A stretch of DNA of 64,000 bases. Source: an uncultured delta proteobacterium. GTDB lineage: Bacteria; Myxococcota_A; Polyangia; Polyangiales; B10-G4. Location: the NCBI GenBank assembly GCA_963727445.1, contig CAVSGI010000010.1, forward strand, positions 1,440,001-1,504,000, written 5' to 3'. The translations under genes and the position numbers were made by a program. Below, piece after piece: positions 1 through 10,021 of the stretch. Under the pieces are notes generated by a model that worked only from the letters and a program-made list of their open reading frames with translations, was not told where the DNA came from and made no database searches. How positions within the stretch are numbered: the first letter of the stretch is position 1; every line of letters starts with the position of its first letter.

Positions 1-9
1 TGGGGTCTC

Positions 10-873
10 GTGGGCTTGCTTCTATTCGCGAGCACTGCGTTCGCGTGCGGGGGCGATCGGCTGACGCTCTCGGTCGACGCGCGCTCGGATCTGAGCCCTG
101 GGATGGAGTTCAACTCGGTGGTGGTGGAGGTCTTCAACGCGACCGCGCTCGACGGGCCCGCCCAGAGGACCACGCTGGCCAGCGCCGCGGACGACTTCGT
201 GACAGGCGTGCGTGTGGCGGAGTTCGACGGGCTGGCGTCGGGGAGCGTCGTGGTCCACGTCGAGCTGAGGTCACCGGATGGTCCGGTCGTCGTCGAGCGT
301 GACGTCCGCATCAGCGTCGAGGAAGACACCGGCGTCGTCGTGGTGCTGACGCGCGAGTGTGGCGGCGTCACCTGTCCGAACGCGAGCTCGGCTCCCGCCG
401 CGACCGAATGTCTCGGAGGCGTCTGTGTCGAGCCCGATTGCAGCTCGCTGAACCGCGAGGCCTGCGGCGGCGCCGCTGGAGGCTGCACCACCGACGGGGA
501 CTGCACGGTGTGTACCGCTGGGCAGTGTGTCGAGGGCGTCTGCTTCTGCACCACGACGCCGCCCCCGGGCACCTGCGGAGGCCTCGCCATGGATTGCGAC
601 GGCAACCCGGACAACGGCTGCGAAACCGTGGTGGACACCATCGATCACTGCGGTGCCTGCGACAACGCTTGCGAGGTCCTGAGAGGGACGCCCGCCTGCA
701 CCGACGGCGCCTGCACCGTCGAGAGCTGCGACACCGGCTGGGGCGACTGCAACGGCGACGGCAACTGCACCACCAACCTCACCTCCTCCACCACCGACTG
801 CGGCCGCTGCGGCGACGAGTGCGGCCTCGGTGAGCGATGCTGCGACGGCAGCTGCAACGTGGCCTGTATTTGA
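10..873 (+). CDS. Cys-rich secreted lipoprotein (myxobacterial type); true start may lie at or before the window edge
   Basis: Hydrophobic N-terminus with AFAC lipobox-like motif; C-terminal half with DCDGNPDNGCE / HCGACDNAC disulfide-rich motifs; GC3-rich codon usage. Confidence 0.75.
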   Translation: MGLLLFASTAFACGGDRLTLSVDARSDLSPGMEFNSVVVEVFNATALDGPAQRTTLASAADDFVTGVRVAEFDGLASGSVVVHVELRSPDGPVVVERDVRISVEEDTGVVVVLTRECGGVTCPNASSAPAATECLGGVCVEPDCSSLNREACGGAAGGCTTDGDCTVCTAGQCVEGVCFCTTTPPPGTCGGLAMDCDGNPDNGCETVVDTIDHCGACDNACEVLRGTPACTDGACTVESCDTGWGDCNGDGNCTTNLTSSTTDCGRCGDECGLGERCCDGSCNVACI

Positions 874-1039
874 GGCCCAGGGCGGTGCCCTAGGCAGGGC
901 TGCCGACACACGGTCCGCCCAAAGCCGCGCGCACGTCCGCGCGCCATCGTGCGTCTCCAGACACACACGTCGTGGCCGTCGATAGACGCACTCCCGCGAC
1001 GCGTCGCGAATTCTCCAACTGTTTCGTCCTCGATCCCCG

Positions 1040-1060
1040 CGGCACGGCACTCGCTTTGCG
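1040..1060 (+). promoter_or_regulatory. Putative sigma-54 (-24/-12) promoter of the VIT-vWA operon
   Basis: CGGCACGGCACTCGCTTTGC contains two overlapping GG-N10-GC spacings resembling TGGCAC-N5-TTGC; about 55 bp upstream of an ATG with GAGGAG SD. Confidence 0.45.
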
Positions 1061-1113
1061 TGGGGACACGTCTCGTCCGCGCCCATGTCGCGTCGAGGCT
1101 TTGAGGAGGAACG

Positions 1114-4100
1114 ATGACGAAGCGCAGGCAGCGGTCCGAGGGGGCCGGAGGCGGGCGAGTAGCGCCCCGTTACCGAAGGGTCCGACTGGGGTGGGCGGGT
1201 GCGCCCTTCGGGATCATGGCGGCGGTGATCGGCTGGTCCATGATCGTCAACGGCTGTCCTTCGTCGGTGTCGGAGTCGCGCACGGCGCACGAGACCACGG
1301 CCGAGCGCGAGGTCGGGACGTTCCAGCCCGTCGCCGACGCGGAGAGGGCGCAGACACCGAGCGCCGCAGAGCTCCTCGAGGAGGCGCTCGCCGGGATCGA
1401 CGGCGAAGGAGACGGCGCGCTCGGCTCGCGCATGCAGGTGCGCGAGATCCGCGTGCCCAGCCCGCCCCGCGGCGCCACCTCGCGCTTCAATTTCGACGGC
1501 GGAAAGCGCGGCTGGGTCACGGCGCTGCCCTCCGAGCAGCTCCTGGCCACGCCCGCGTTCACGGGCGGCAAGGTCTACCTCGGCGGCGGCTTCGCCTCGC
1601 ACCGCTTCTTCGCCTTCGACGCCTACAACGGCGAGATGCAGTGGACCGTGGGCGCCCCCGACGGCGGCCCCACCGCGGCCATCGTCTACAAGGACCGCGT
1701 CATCTTCAACACCGAGAGCTGCACCATCTTCGTCGCCGACGCGGAGACCGGCGAGCTCCTCTGGAAGCGCTGGCTCGGCGACCCGCTGATGAGCCAGGCC
1801 GCCGCCGCCGAAGACCTGGTGATGAGCGCCTACCCGAAGGACGGCAGCCACGAGTTCGGCGCCTTCCGCATCGCCGACGGCGAGCCCGTGTGGTCGATCG
1901 ACATCCCCGCCGACGTGATCCAGGCGCCGCAGGTCTACGGCAACGACGTCTTCTTCACGACGATGGACGGCACTGCCCATCGTGTCCGCGTCCGCGACGG
2001 ACACGTCCTGTGGCAGAAGGACGTCGGCGCCTCGAGCGCGGTCTGGGTCGACGGCGAGAGCGTGCTGCTCTCGACGCGTGTCGACCGCGGGGGCCGCCCT
2101 CACGAGCAGCCGGTGGTCCTCGACATCCGCAGCGGGCGCATCACCAACCGCGGCGAGATCGCCCTGGCGCCCTACCTCGGCGGCGGCAGCCGCGATCGCC
2201 AGATGACCCAGACTCAGATGGGCGCCTGGGGCGGCGTGCCCCACGGCGAGCACCTCGGCCTCACCAACGTCGCCGCCGGCTGGGCCTTCCAGGGCAGCAC
2301 GCCGGCCGTCGCGGACGGACGCGCCTACTTCGCCGTCGCGGGCGAGATCCGCGCCCGCGACATCGCCACCGGCGACGACGTCTGGACGCGCAGCTACGGC
2401 GCCGCCGAGGGCGCGCAGGCCATCAGCCCGCCGGCCGTCGTCGGCAGCCAGCTCTTCTTCGGCACCCTCGAGGGCCAGGTCTACGCCGCCGACATCGACA
2501 CCGGCATGATCCAGTGGGCCTACGACATCGGCGAGCCGGTCGTCTTCCAGCCCATCGTCGCCCAGGGCTGGCTCTACGTCGCCACCGGCCGCGGCAATCT
2601 CATCGGCCTCGAGATCGGCGACCACATGGTCGACGGCTGGCACATGTGGGGTGGCAACGCCCAGCACGCGGGCCTCGTCGAGACCGCGGGCACCCTCGAC
2701 CCGCACCTGCTCGCGAGCCTCGACCGCCCCGGCCAGGGCACGATGCGTGTCGGCCGCTTCGAGGAGCGCACGGGTGCATCGCCCGAAGAGATCGCAGCCG
2801 AAGCGCGCGCCGCCGCGGAAGCCGCAGAGGCGACCGACGCGACGCCTGCGCCGCCCGAAGACCCGCACCCCGATCTCCCCCTCGTCTCCACCAACGTCGA
2901 GGCCACGGTCTCCGGGATGGTCGCGCGGGTGAACGTCACCCAGAGCTTCACCAACGACAACGACCGCCCCATCGAGGCGCTCTATCTCTTCCCGCTCCCC
3001 GCCGACTCGGCGGTGGACGACATGGAGATGATCATCGGCGATCGCGTCGTCCGCGGTCAGATCAAGCGCCGCGCCCAGGCCCGTCAGACCTACGAGGCCG
3101 CCCGCGCCGAGGGCCGACGCGCGGCGCTCCTCGAGCAGCAACGCCCGAACCTCTTCGCCCAGCGCGTCGCCAACATCGCCCCCGGCGAGCGCATCGACGT
3201 GCGCCTGAGCTACGTCCAGGCCCTGCCTTTCGAGGACGGCGCTTACGAGCTCGTCTACCCGATGGTCGCCCCGAACCGATACGACCCGAGCGATCCCAGC
3301 GCGGCGCTCGGCGAGGTTGGCGAGGTCCGCCAGGCGAACGGCATCTCGATCGCCCTCGACATCGACGCGGGCCTGCCCCTCGGCGCCATCGAATCCCCCA
3401 CCCACGACATCGCCATCGAGCGCGAAGGCAGCCAGGGCGCGAAGGTGCGCCTCGAAGACGCCGGCCAGATCGCCAACCGCGACTTCGTCCTTCGATACGA
3501 CGTCTCCGGCGAGACGCCGCGGGCGAGCGTCATGGCGCATCGCGCCGCCGGCGCTGACGAGGCCGGACACTTCTCCCTCGTGGTGCAGCCACCCGCTGCT
3601 CCCGCCGACGACACCGTCACCCCGCGCGAGATCGTCTTCGTCGTCGACACCAGCTCCTCGATGAAGGGGAGACCGATGGAGCACGCCCGCGCGGTGATGC
3701 GCCGCGCCCTCGGCACGGTGCGCGCGAGCGACACCTTCCAGGTCCTCGCCTTCAGCGACCGCGTCGTCTCCCTCGGCAGCCGCCCCCTCGCCTGGTCCGA
3801 GGAGAACATCACCCGCGCCGAGAGCTTCGTCGACGGCATCCGCGCCACCGGCTCCACCGAGATGATCCCCGCCATCGAGGCCGCGCTGAACACCGAAGAC
3901 GACGGAGACGATCGCCTGAAGCTCGTGGTCCTCGTCACCGACGGTTTCATCGGCAACGAAGCGGAGGTCCTGCGCAGCATCGCCGAAAACCTCGGCGAGA
4001 CCCGGCTCTACACCTTCGGCGTCGGCAACAACACCAACCGCTTCCTCCTGGAGCGCGCGAGCGAGATCGGCCGCGGCCGCAGCGTCGTCGCGACCCTCTC

Positions 4101-5181
4101 CGAGGATCCCGAAGCGGTCGCGGAGCGCTTCGCGGCGCTGGTCGACAAGCCCGTCTTCACCGACGTGGAGATCGACTGGGGCGGCCTCGAAGTCAGCGAC
4201 GTCTACCCGCGCCGCCTGCCCGACCTCTTCGCCGGAAAGCCCCTCGTCGTCCACGGACGCTTCGCCCGCGGCGGCCGCGCCGAGGTGAAGGTGCGCGGTT
4301 CGGTGAACGGTCGTCGCTTCGAGCGAGTGGTCCCCGTCGAGCTCCCGAACGAGAGCACCGACGACACCAACGCCGCCCACGCGACCCTCTGGGCGCGCGC
4401 CGCGGTGCACGACCGCATGAACCGCATCTTCCTCCGCGACGACCCCGAGCTCATCGAGGAGGTCACCGACCTGGGCCTGCGCTATCGGATGGTCACGCAG
4501 TACACGTCCTTCGTCGCCGTCGAAGAGGTCCGCGAGGAGCCCGAGGCCGAAGAAGGCGAGCCCGAAGCACAGGCCCGCGCCACCGTGAGCCCGGCGCGCT
4601 CGCTGCCAGGCGATCCGGAGATCCGCATCCCCGCACCCGCGAACGCGCGCGCCGTCACCGTCATCCTGCCCTTCGGGGAGACCCTCGACGCGAGCTGGGA
4701 GAGCGATCTCTCGGTCTGGACCGCGCGCTTCTTGATCCCGGCGGACGCCGAGGAGGGGAGCTACCCGATCGAGGTGCTGATCACCCACGCCGACGGGCAC
4801 TCCGAACGCATGCGCGTCTGGTACACGGTCGACGCGTCGGCGGCGCAGCTCGAGGTCGAGGTGGATGGCGAGGTGCGACCGGGCAACACCGTCACCCTCC
4901 GCGCCCGGCAGGTCATCACCGAGCGCGACCTCATCCAGGCCGGCATGAGCGCGAACGCCGAGATCACCGAGGCGCGCGCTCAGTTCCTGAGCGACGCCCG
5001 GGACGTGCAGCTCCGCGCCGCCGAGGGCGACGTGCTCGACTTCACCATCGCGGGCCCTGGCCTGTGGGAAGTCGAGTACGAGGTCCCATCCGACGCCCGC
5101 GGCACGCTCTCCCTCGAGCTCTTCATCGTGGACCTCGCGGCCAACGTCTCCACCCAGAGCGTCGAGCTGGAGGTCCAGTGA
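1114..5181 (+). CDS. PQQ-like beta-propeller + VIT + vWA domain protein with Ig-like C-terminal region
   Basis: N-terminal TM; repeated propeller motifs (DAxTGExxW); VIT signature (VTQSFTN...IEALYLFPLPADSAVDDM); vWA MIDAS DTSSSM and VTDG; SD GAGGAG. Confidence 0.9.
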   Translation: MTKRRQRSEGAGGGRVAPRYRRVRLGWAGAPFGIMAAVIGWSMIVNGCPSSVSESRTAHETTAEREVGTFQPVADAERAQTPSAAELLEEALAGIDGEGDGALGSRMQVREIRVPSPPRGATSRFNFDGGKRGWVTALPSEQLLATPAFTGGKVYLGGGFASHRFFAFDAYNGEMQWTVGAPDGGPTAAIVYKDRVIFNTESCTIFVADAETGELLWKRWLGDPLMSQAAAAEDLVMSAYPKDGSHEFGAFRIADGEPVWSIDIPADVIQAPQVYGNDVFFTTMDGTAHRVRVRDGHVLWQKDVGASSAVWVDGESVLLSTRVDRGGRPHEQPVVLDIRSGRITNRGEIALAPYLGGGSRDRQMTQTQMGAWGGVPHGEHLGLTNVAAGWAFQGSTPAVADGRAYFAVAGEIRARDIATGDDVWTRSYGAAEGAQAISPPAVVGSQLFFGTLEGQVYAADIDTGMIQWAYDIGEPVVFQPIVAQGWLYVATGRGNLIGLEIGDHMVDGWHMWGGNAQHAGLVETAGTLDPHLLASLDRPGQGTMRVGRFEERTGASPEEIAAEARAAAEAAEATDATPAPPEDPHPDLPLVSTNVEATVSGMVARVNVTQSFTNDNDRPIEALYLFPLPADSAVDDMEMIIGDRVVRGQIKRRAQARQTYEAARAEGRRAALLEQQRPNLFAQRVANIAPGERIDVRLSYVQALPFEDGAYELVYPMVAPNRYDPSDPSAALGEVGEVRQANGISIALDIDAGLPLGAIESPTHDIAIEREGSQGAKVRLEDAGQIANRDFVLRYDVSGETPRASVMAHRAAGADEAGHFSLVVQPPAAPADDTVTPREIVFVVDTSSSMKGRPMEHARAVMRRALGTVRASDTFQVLAFSDRVVSLGSRPLAWSEENITRAESFVDGIRATGSTEMIPAIEAALNTEDDGDDRLKLVVLVTDGFIGNEAEVLRSIAENLGETRLYTFGVGNNTNRFLLERASEIGRGRSVVATLSEDPEAVAERFAALVDKPVFTDVEIDWGGLEVSDVYPRRLPDLFAGKPLVVHGRFARGGRAEVKVRGSVNGRRFERVVPVELPNESTDDTNAAHATLWARAAVHDRMNRIFLRDDPELIEEVTDLGLRYRMVTQYTSFVAVEEVREEPEAEEGEPEAQARATVSPARSLPGDPEIRIPAPANARAVTVILPFGETLDASWESDLSVWTARFLIPADAEEGSYPIEVLITHADGHSERMRVWYTVDASAAQLEVEVDGEVRPGNTVTLRARQVITERDLIQAGMSANAEITEARAQFLSDARDVQLRAAEGDVLDFTIAGPGLWEVEYEVPSDARGTLSLELFIVDLAANVSTQSVELEVQ

Positions 5182-7007
5182 TGCGTCTCGCTCTCGCGCC
5201 TTTCGTTCTCACGCTGGCCCTCGCTTCCACGGCGACGGCCCAGCGCGAGGCGCGCGTCGTGGACGTGATCACGGCCACGGGCGACGTCCACGACATCGCC
5301 ATCCTCGGCGATCGCACGCTGGTCGCCACGAGCGGTGGCCTGGTCGTGCGACGCGGGGGCGAGGTGGAGCGCGTCCTCGGCGCGCGCGATGGGCTGCCGG
5401 GTGCGCGCCTTCGCTCGGTGAGCGTGCTCGGCGAAGAGGTGCTCGCGGGCGGCGTCGAGGGCGCGGCGATCCTTCGCCTCGACGCCGACGGAAGCGCCCG
5501 CGTGACCCGGCGTCTTTCGCTTCGCCGCGTTCGCCGCGCGGTGCGCTTCGGCGACGCGATCTGGGCAGGCACGTATGGCACCGGTCTCTATCGCATCCGC
5601 GACGGCGAAGCGCCCGAGCGGATCGATCTCGGCCGCGCGGCCCCGCGCAGCCGCGTCACCGACCTGCTGGTGCGCGGCGACGAGCTCTGGGTCGCCACCG
5701 CCGGCTCGGGGATCCTCCGCGTGGGCGCCGATGGACGGCGCCGCGGCCGCATCGCCGGGGGTCTGAGCGAGCTGATGGTCTGGGACCTCGAGCCCGCCGG
5801 CGACCGCGTCCTCGTCGGAACGCTGAACGGCATCTCGGTGATCGACGGCGAGCGCCGCATCGACGCGCATGCCCGCGAAGCACGCAGCGCGCGATTTCTC
5901 CGCGTCCGCGACGTCCGCGCGCTCCATCGCGCCGGCGAGCAGCTCTTCGTCGCAACCTATGGCGGCGGCGTCTATCGTCTCGACGCCGGCACCGAGCGTC
6001 CGACGCGCCTTCACCATCGCGACGGCGACCTCCGCGCCGTCGCGGTCGCCGGGGCAGAAGGCACCATCCTCGTCGGCCACGATCACGGCCTGGCCCGCAC
6101 CGAGGGCGAGCGCCGCCTCACCTCGCTCAGCACCGGCGGCCTGCCCTCGTCCGACGTCACCGCCGTGACCCGCGCCTTCGGCGCGATGTGGATCGGCACC
6201 TTCGACGGCGGCCTCGCCCGCTACGACGGTCATCGGGTCGAGGCGCAGACGCGCGCAGCGGAGCGCTTCCACGTCGATGGGCGCATCAACGATCTGGCGG
6301 TCACGGGACGGGGCGGGAGCCAACGGCTGTGGATCGCCACCGACCGCGGTCTCTTCGTCCACGACGGCCGCCGCTTCACGCCGGTCGAAGACGCCGCCGC
6401 GCCCGGGCGCGTGCACATTACGTCGCTGGACGTCGCCCCCGACGGCGCGCTGTGGGTCACGAGCTCGCGCCTCTTGTCACGCTACCGACGCGGACAGTGG
6501 CGGAGCTGGTCGGGGGATCCGAGCTTCCCCGTCGTGAACCTGCACGCGGTGACCACCGACCGGCACGGTCGCGTCTGGGTCGGCAGCCTGCACGGGCTCT
6601 ACCAATTCGACGAGGCCACCGGGACCTTCGCTCGGCACACGACCGCGAGCGGCGCGCTTCCGGTCGACTGGGTCACGGCCGTCGAGCCCTGGCACGACGG
6701 CGTGGTGATCGGCACCTATCACGGCGGCCTCTCCTGGACGGACGGAAGCGCGTTCGACGTCGAGCGCGTGAGCCGCGGCGGGCTCCCCGCGGGCTGGGTC
6801 AATCCCCACGCCATGCGCTTCATCGGGGGAAAGCTCTTCGTCGGCACCCTCGAACGGGGTCTGTTGGTCGGAAACCGAGGGCAGTGGACGCAGCTCACCG
6901 CGGCCGATGGGCTCCCGAGCGCGGACGTCACCGACGTCATCCCCGACGGCAGCGGCGCGGCCTGGGTCGCGACCCGCGGCGGCCTGGCGCGGATCGTCTG
7001 GAACTGA
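5181..7007 (+). CDS. Secreted double beta-propeller protein (two-component regulator propeller-like repeats, no kinase domain)
   Basis: ATG overlaps upstream TGA; signal peptide MRLALAPFVLTLALASTATA; repeated WxGTxxGGL and DGLPS motifs. Confidence 0.85.
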   Translation: MRLALAPFVLTLALASTATAQREARVVDVITATGDVHDIAILGDRTLVATSGGLVVRRGGEVERVLGARDGLPGARLRSVSVLGEEVLAGGVEGAAILRLDADGSARVTRRLSLRRVRRAVRFGDAIWAGTYGTGLYRIRDGEAPERIDLGRAAPRSRVTDLLVRGDELWVATAGSGILRVGADGRRRGRIAGGLSELMVWDLEPAGDRVLVGTLNGISVIDGERRIDAHAREARSARFLRVRDVRALHRAGEQLFVATYGGGVYRLDAGTERPTRLHHRDGDLRAVAVAGAEGTILVGHDHGLARTEGERRLTSLSTGGLPSSDVTAVTRAFGAMWIGTFDGGLARYDGHRVEAQTRAAERFHVDGRINDLAVTGRGGSQRLWIATDRGLFVHDGRRFTPVEDAAAPGRVHITSLDVAPDGALWVTSSRLLSRYRRGQWRSWSGDPSFPVVNLHAVTTDRHGRVWVGSLHGLYQFDEATGTFARHTTASGALPVDWVTAVEPWHDGVVIGTYHGGLSWTDGSAFDVERVSRGGLPAGWVNPHAMRFIGGKLFVGTLERGLLVGNRGQWTQLTAADGLPSADVTDVIPDGSGAAWVATRGGLARIVWN

Positions 7008-7051
7008 AGCGCGCCCGAGCGGACCTCGGCAACTTGCGCTACGCTAGGAGG

Positions 7052-7909
7052 GTGCGACGCCTGTTCGCGCTCTTTTCGGCTTTCTTGATGGTTGGATGCG
7101 GTCTGACCCTGGATCCCGACGTTCAAGACGCCGACGCTGACCCCTCACGTCGCATGGACAGCGGTCGTCGCGACGGCGGATCGCGCGACTCGGGTCGACA
7201 GGACTCCACCGCTGATAGTGCACGCGGCGACGCGATGACGGACTCGGGAAGCACGGGAGACGCGACCGTGGTCGACGCCTGCGTCGCCGCCTCCACCGAG
7301 ACCTGCAACAACGCGGACGACGACTGCGACGGCAGGGTCGACGAGGACTTCGACTTCACCTCCGATCTCCTGAACTGCGGCAGCTGCGGGACGGCGTGCT
7401 CGACCGACGGGACGCCTGCGCTCTGCATGGACGGGACGTGTCACGTGAGTTGTTATCTGGGCCGCGCCGACTGCGACACCAACCCGTTGAACGGATGCGA
7501 AGCGGATCTCTCCTCGCCCGCCACGTGCGGCACGTGCATGACGGAGTGCGGAGGAAGCGACCGGTGTGGCAGCAGCGCCGGGGGCAGCTACTCGTGCTCG
7601 GGAGACTGTCCGATGGGGACGACCGACTGCTCGGGCACGTGCATCGACCTCTACACCGACGCCCGCAACTGTGGCGATTGCGGAGCGGCCTGCCCGACCG
7701 GCCAGACATGCAACGACGGATCCTGCGTCACGGCCAGCTGTGGCGGCGGCCTTGGCTGGGCCATCGCGGGAACCGGGGACAGGTGCACCGCGACGTGCGG
7801 CCTGAGGGAGATCCAATGCACATCGGGTGTATGCACCTGCACGACCACCGGCGATGTGTGCATGGCGACCGCATGTGACACCGCGGTCGCCGCAGACTGC
7901 TGCCCCTGA
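7052..7909 (+). CDS. Cys-rich lipoprotein with MopE-like metal-binding repeat
   Basis: GTG start; LMVGC lipobox; D/S/G linker; ETCNNADDDCDGRVDE; NCGxCGxAC motifs. Confidence 0.75.
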   Translation: MRRLFALFSAFLMVGCGLTLDPDVQDADADPSRRMDSGRRDGGSRDSGRQDSTADSARGDAMTDSGSTGDATVVDACVAASTETCNNADDDCDGRVDEDFDFTSDLLNCGSCGTACSTDGTPALCMDGTCHVSCYLGRADCDTNPLNGCEADLSSPATCGTCMTECGGSDRCGSSAGGSYSCSGDCPMGTTDCSGTCIDLYTDARNCGDCGAACPTGQTCNDGSCVTASCGGGLGWAIAGTGDRCTATCGLREIQCTSGVCTCTTTGDVCMATACDTAVAADCCP

Positions 7910-7910
7910 A

Positions 7911-8387
7911 TCAGCCGCGCCGCTTCGCCGAGAAGTGAGCGAGCTGCGCGCGCGCGCCGCTACGCGCCTTCTTCTGGATCACTCCGGTCCAACCGAGCAG
8001 CACCGCCGGCAGCCCGATCGCCTGCCGTGACCACGCCCCGAAGTCGAAGCTGTCCTCGTGCTCGACGATCAGCCCGTCCGCGAAGCGGAAACGGGCATCG
8101 ATCACGTTGTGCACCTTCTTGCCCGTCGCGCTGAAGGTGTACCAGGCCTCCCAATGGGCGGACCCTTTCTCGTCGTCGGCGACCACGTCGCGATGCTCGA
8201 CGCGCAAGTCCGCGGCGCGGCCGCAGAGCATGCGCCACATGTCGCCCGCTTCCTCGCCCTCGAGCCCCACGAAAACCGGATCGCTGAAACGAACGTTCGG
8301 CGCATAGCAGCGTGCCATCGCCTCCGCGTCGTGTGCGGCGAAGGCGCGGTAGAATCCGTCGACCAGCTCGGCGTTGGGATGAGCCAT
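7911..8387 (-). CDS. SnoaL-like / NTF2 family protein
   Basis: FYRAFAAHDAEAMARCY...FSDPVF...WEAWYTFSATGKKVHN...IVEHEDSFDF pattern; 158 aa. Confidence 0.85.
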   Translation of the reverse strand: MAHPNAELVDGFYRAFAAHDAEAMARCYAPNVRFSDPVFVGLEGEEAGDMWRMLCGRAADLRVEHRDVVADDEKGSAHWEAWYTFSATGKKVHNVIDARFRFADGLIVEHEDSFDFGAWSRQAIGLPAVLLGWTGVIQKKARSGARAQLAHFSAKRRG

Positions 8388-8440
8388 GGCGGCAGTATAG
8401 GCGTCCCCCGCTCGTGAACGAAGCCGGCTACCATCGCTGC

Positions 8441-10021
8441 ATGGTCCGAATCGACATGACTCGCCGGGTCTTCGTTCTCGTGTGTCTCCTGGTCGCGGTC
8501 GTACCTTCGCGCGTCCGTGCGCGCGACCTCACCGCCGATCCATCGACCTTCTCCGGAATGCTCGATGCGCTGGTCGCCGGCGACACGCTACATCTCTCCT
8601 CCGGGCACTATGCGCACTTCGCGCTGTCGGGGATCGCGGGGACCGCGGAGATGCCGATCGTCATCACGGGGCCGGACGACGCGAGCGCCACGATCGACGC
8701 TGACGATGGACCGTGCTGCAACACGATCGAGATCCGGAGCGGCGTGAGCTACGTCGTGCTCCGCAACCTCACGGTGGATGGCCGAAACGTGGACGGAGCA
8801 TTCGGATTGAATGCGAGCGGCGACGACATCCACCACATCACGCTCGAAGGCAACGTCTTCATCAACCACGACACGGGCCAGCAGAACGACGCTATCTCCA
8901 CCAAGACCCCGACCTCTGGTTGGGTGATCCGCGGCAACCAGATCCTCGGCGCGGGGACGGGGATGTACCTCGGAAACTCGGATGGCACCGACCCGTTCGT
9001 AGGTGGGCTCATCGAGAACAACCTGTTCTACGACACGATCGGCTACAACACGGAGATCAAGTGGCAACAGCCACACGGTGACGTGCCGGGTGCGGCGGAC
9101 GCCCCGCTCACCACGATCATCCGGCACAACGTGTTCATCAAGACGGATCGTCCATCACCGGACGGCGATCGGCCGAATCTGCTCGTCGGCGGATTTCCCG
9201 AGAGCGGGACCGGGTCCGATCGATACTACGAGATCTACGGAAATCTCTTCGTGCACAACCCGCGCGAGGCGCTGTTTCAGGGATCCGGACGCGTGAGCGT
9301 TCACGACAACGTGTTCGTGGACGTCGCTGGAACGGCGATCGTCGTGCAGGACCACGACCTTCCGCTCCGGCGCGCGTGGATCTACGACAACACGATCTAC
9401 GCAGCGGGGACTGGCATCCACGTCGGAGGGTCGGCGGCCGAGGGTACGTCGGTCGTCGGCAACGTCATCTTCGCGGGAAGTCCGATGAGTGGATCACCGG
9501 ACGTGATGGCGGACAACGTCGTCGACACGGTGGGAAACGCAGGCATGTACGTCGCGTCGCCCTCCACGACGCTCGGGGAGATGGATTTCTATCCGCTCGC
9601 CGGGGCACTCACGGGGAGCGCGCTCGACCTCGCTGCGTTCGCAGGCGATACCGACTACGACCTCGACTTCAACTGCTCGCCGAAAGCTGACTTCACGTTC
9701 CGCGGGGCCTATGCCGGCGAGGGCACGAACCCGGGGTGGCAGCTCGCGATGGAGCAGAAGCCCGGAGGCGTGGCCTGTTCGGGGACGACCCCGCCGCCGG
9801 CCGATGGCGGAACGATGAGCGGGATGGACGGGGGCGGCCCCGCCGACGGCAGCGCGACTCCCGACGCCGACACCGACGCCGGCCCGGGCGGCACGATGGA
9901 CGACGCCGGCGGCTGCGGGTGCCGGATCGCTGGCCACGTGCCCGCCGCACCGCCGTGGGTGCTCTCACTGCTCGTGGCCGTCGCGATGTTCTTCCGGGCG
10001 GCCGCCCTCAGAGGCAGGTGA
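8441..10021 (+). CDS. Right-handed beta-helix (pectin-lyase-like) protein with MYXO-CTERM sorting tail
   Basis: Signal peptide; LVAGDTLHLSSGHY start and repeated IxxNxF/IxxNxI rungs; C-terminal GGCGCR + hydrophobic helix + basic tail. Confidence 0.85.
   Translation: MVRIDMTRRVFVLVCLLVAVVPSRVRARDLTADPSTFSGMLDALVAGDTLHLSSGHYAHFALSGIAGTAEMPIVITGPDDASATIDADDGPCCNTIEIRSGVSYVVLRNLTVDGRNVDGAFGLNASGDDIHHITLEGNVFINHDTGQQNDAISTKTPTSGWVIRGNQILGAGTGMYLGNSDGTDPFVGGLIENNLFYDTIGYNTEIKWQQPHGDVPGAADAPLTTIIRHNVFIKTDRPSPDGDRPNLLVGGFPESGTGSDRYYEIYGNLFVHNPREALFQGSGRVSVHDNVFVDVAGTAIVVQDHDLPLRRAWIYDNTIYAAGTGIHVGGSAAEGTSVVGNVIFAGSPMSGSPDVMADNVVDTVGNAGMYVASPSTTLGEMDFYPLAGALTGSALDLAAFAGDTDYDLDFNCSPKADFTFRGAYAGEGTNPGWQLAMEQKPGGVACSGTTPPPADGGTMSGMDGGGPADGSATPDADTDAGPGGTMDDAGGCGCRIAGHVPAAPPWVLSLLVAVAMFFRAAALRGR

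Noticed and set aside
271..4800. 1509-aa minus-strand ORF and many similar long antisense or alternate-frame ORFs across the window
   Set aside because: Shadows of real high-GC genes; Arg/Gly/Ala/Pro-rich or mirror-codon composition with no motifs
5181..7007. Hybrid two-component sensor
   Set aside because: Only propeller repeats; no TM, Y_Y_Y or kinase domain follows
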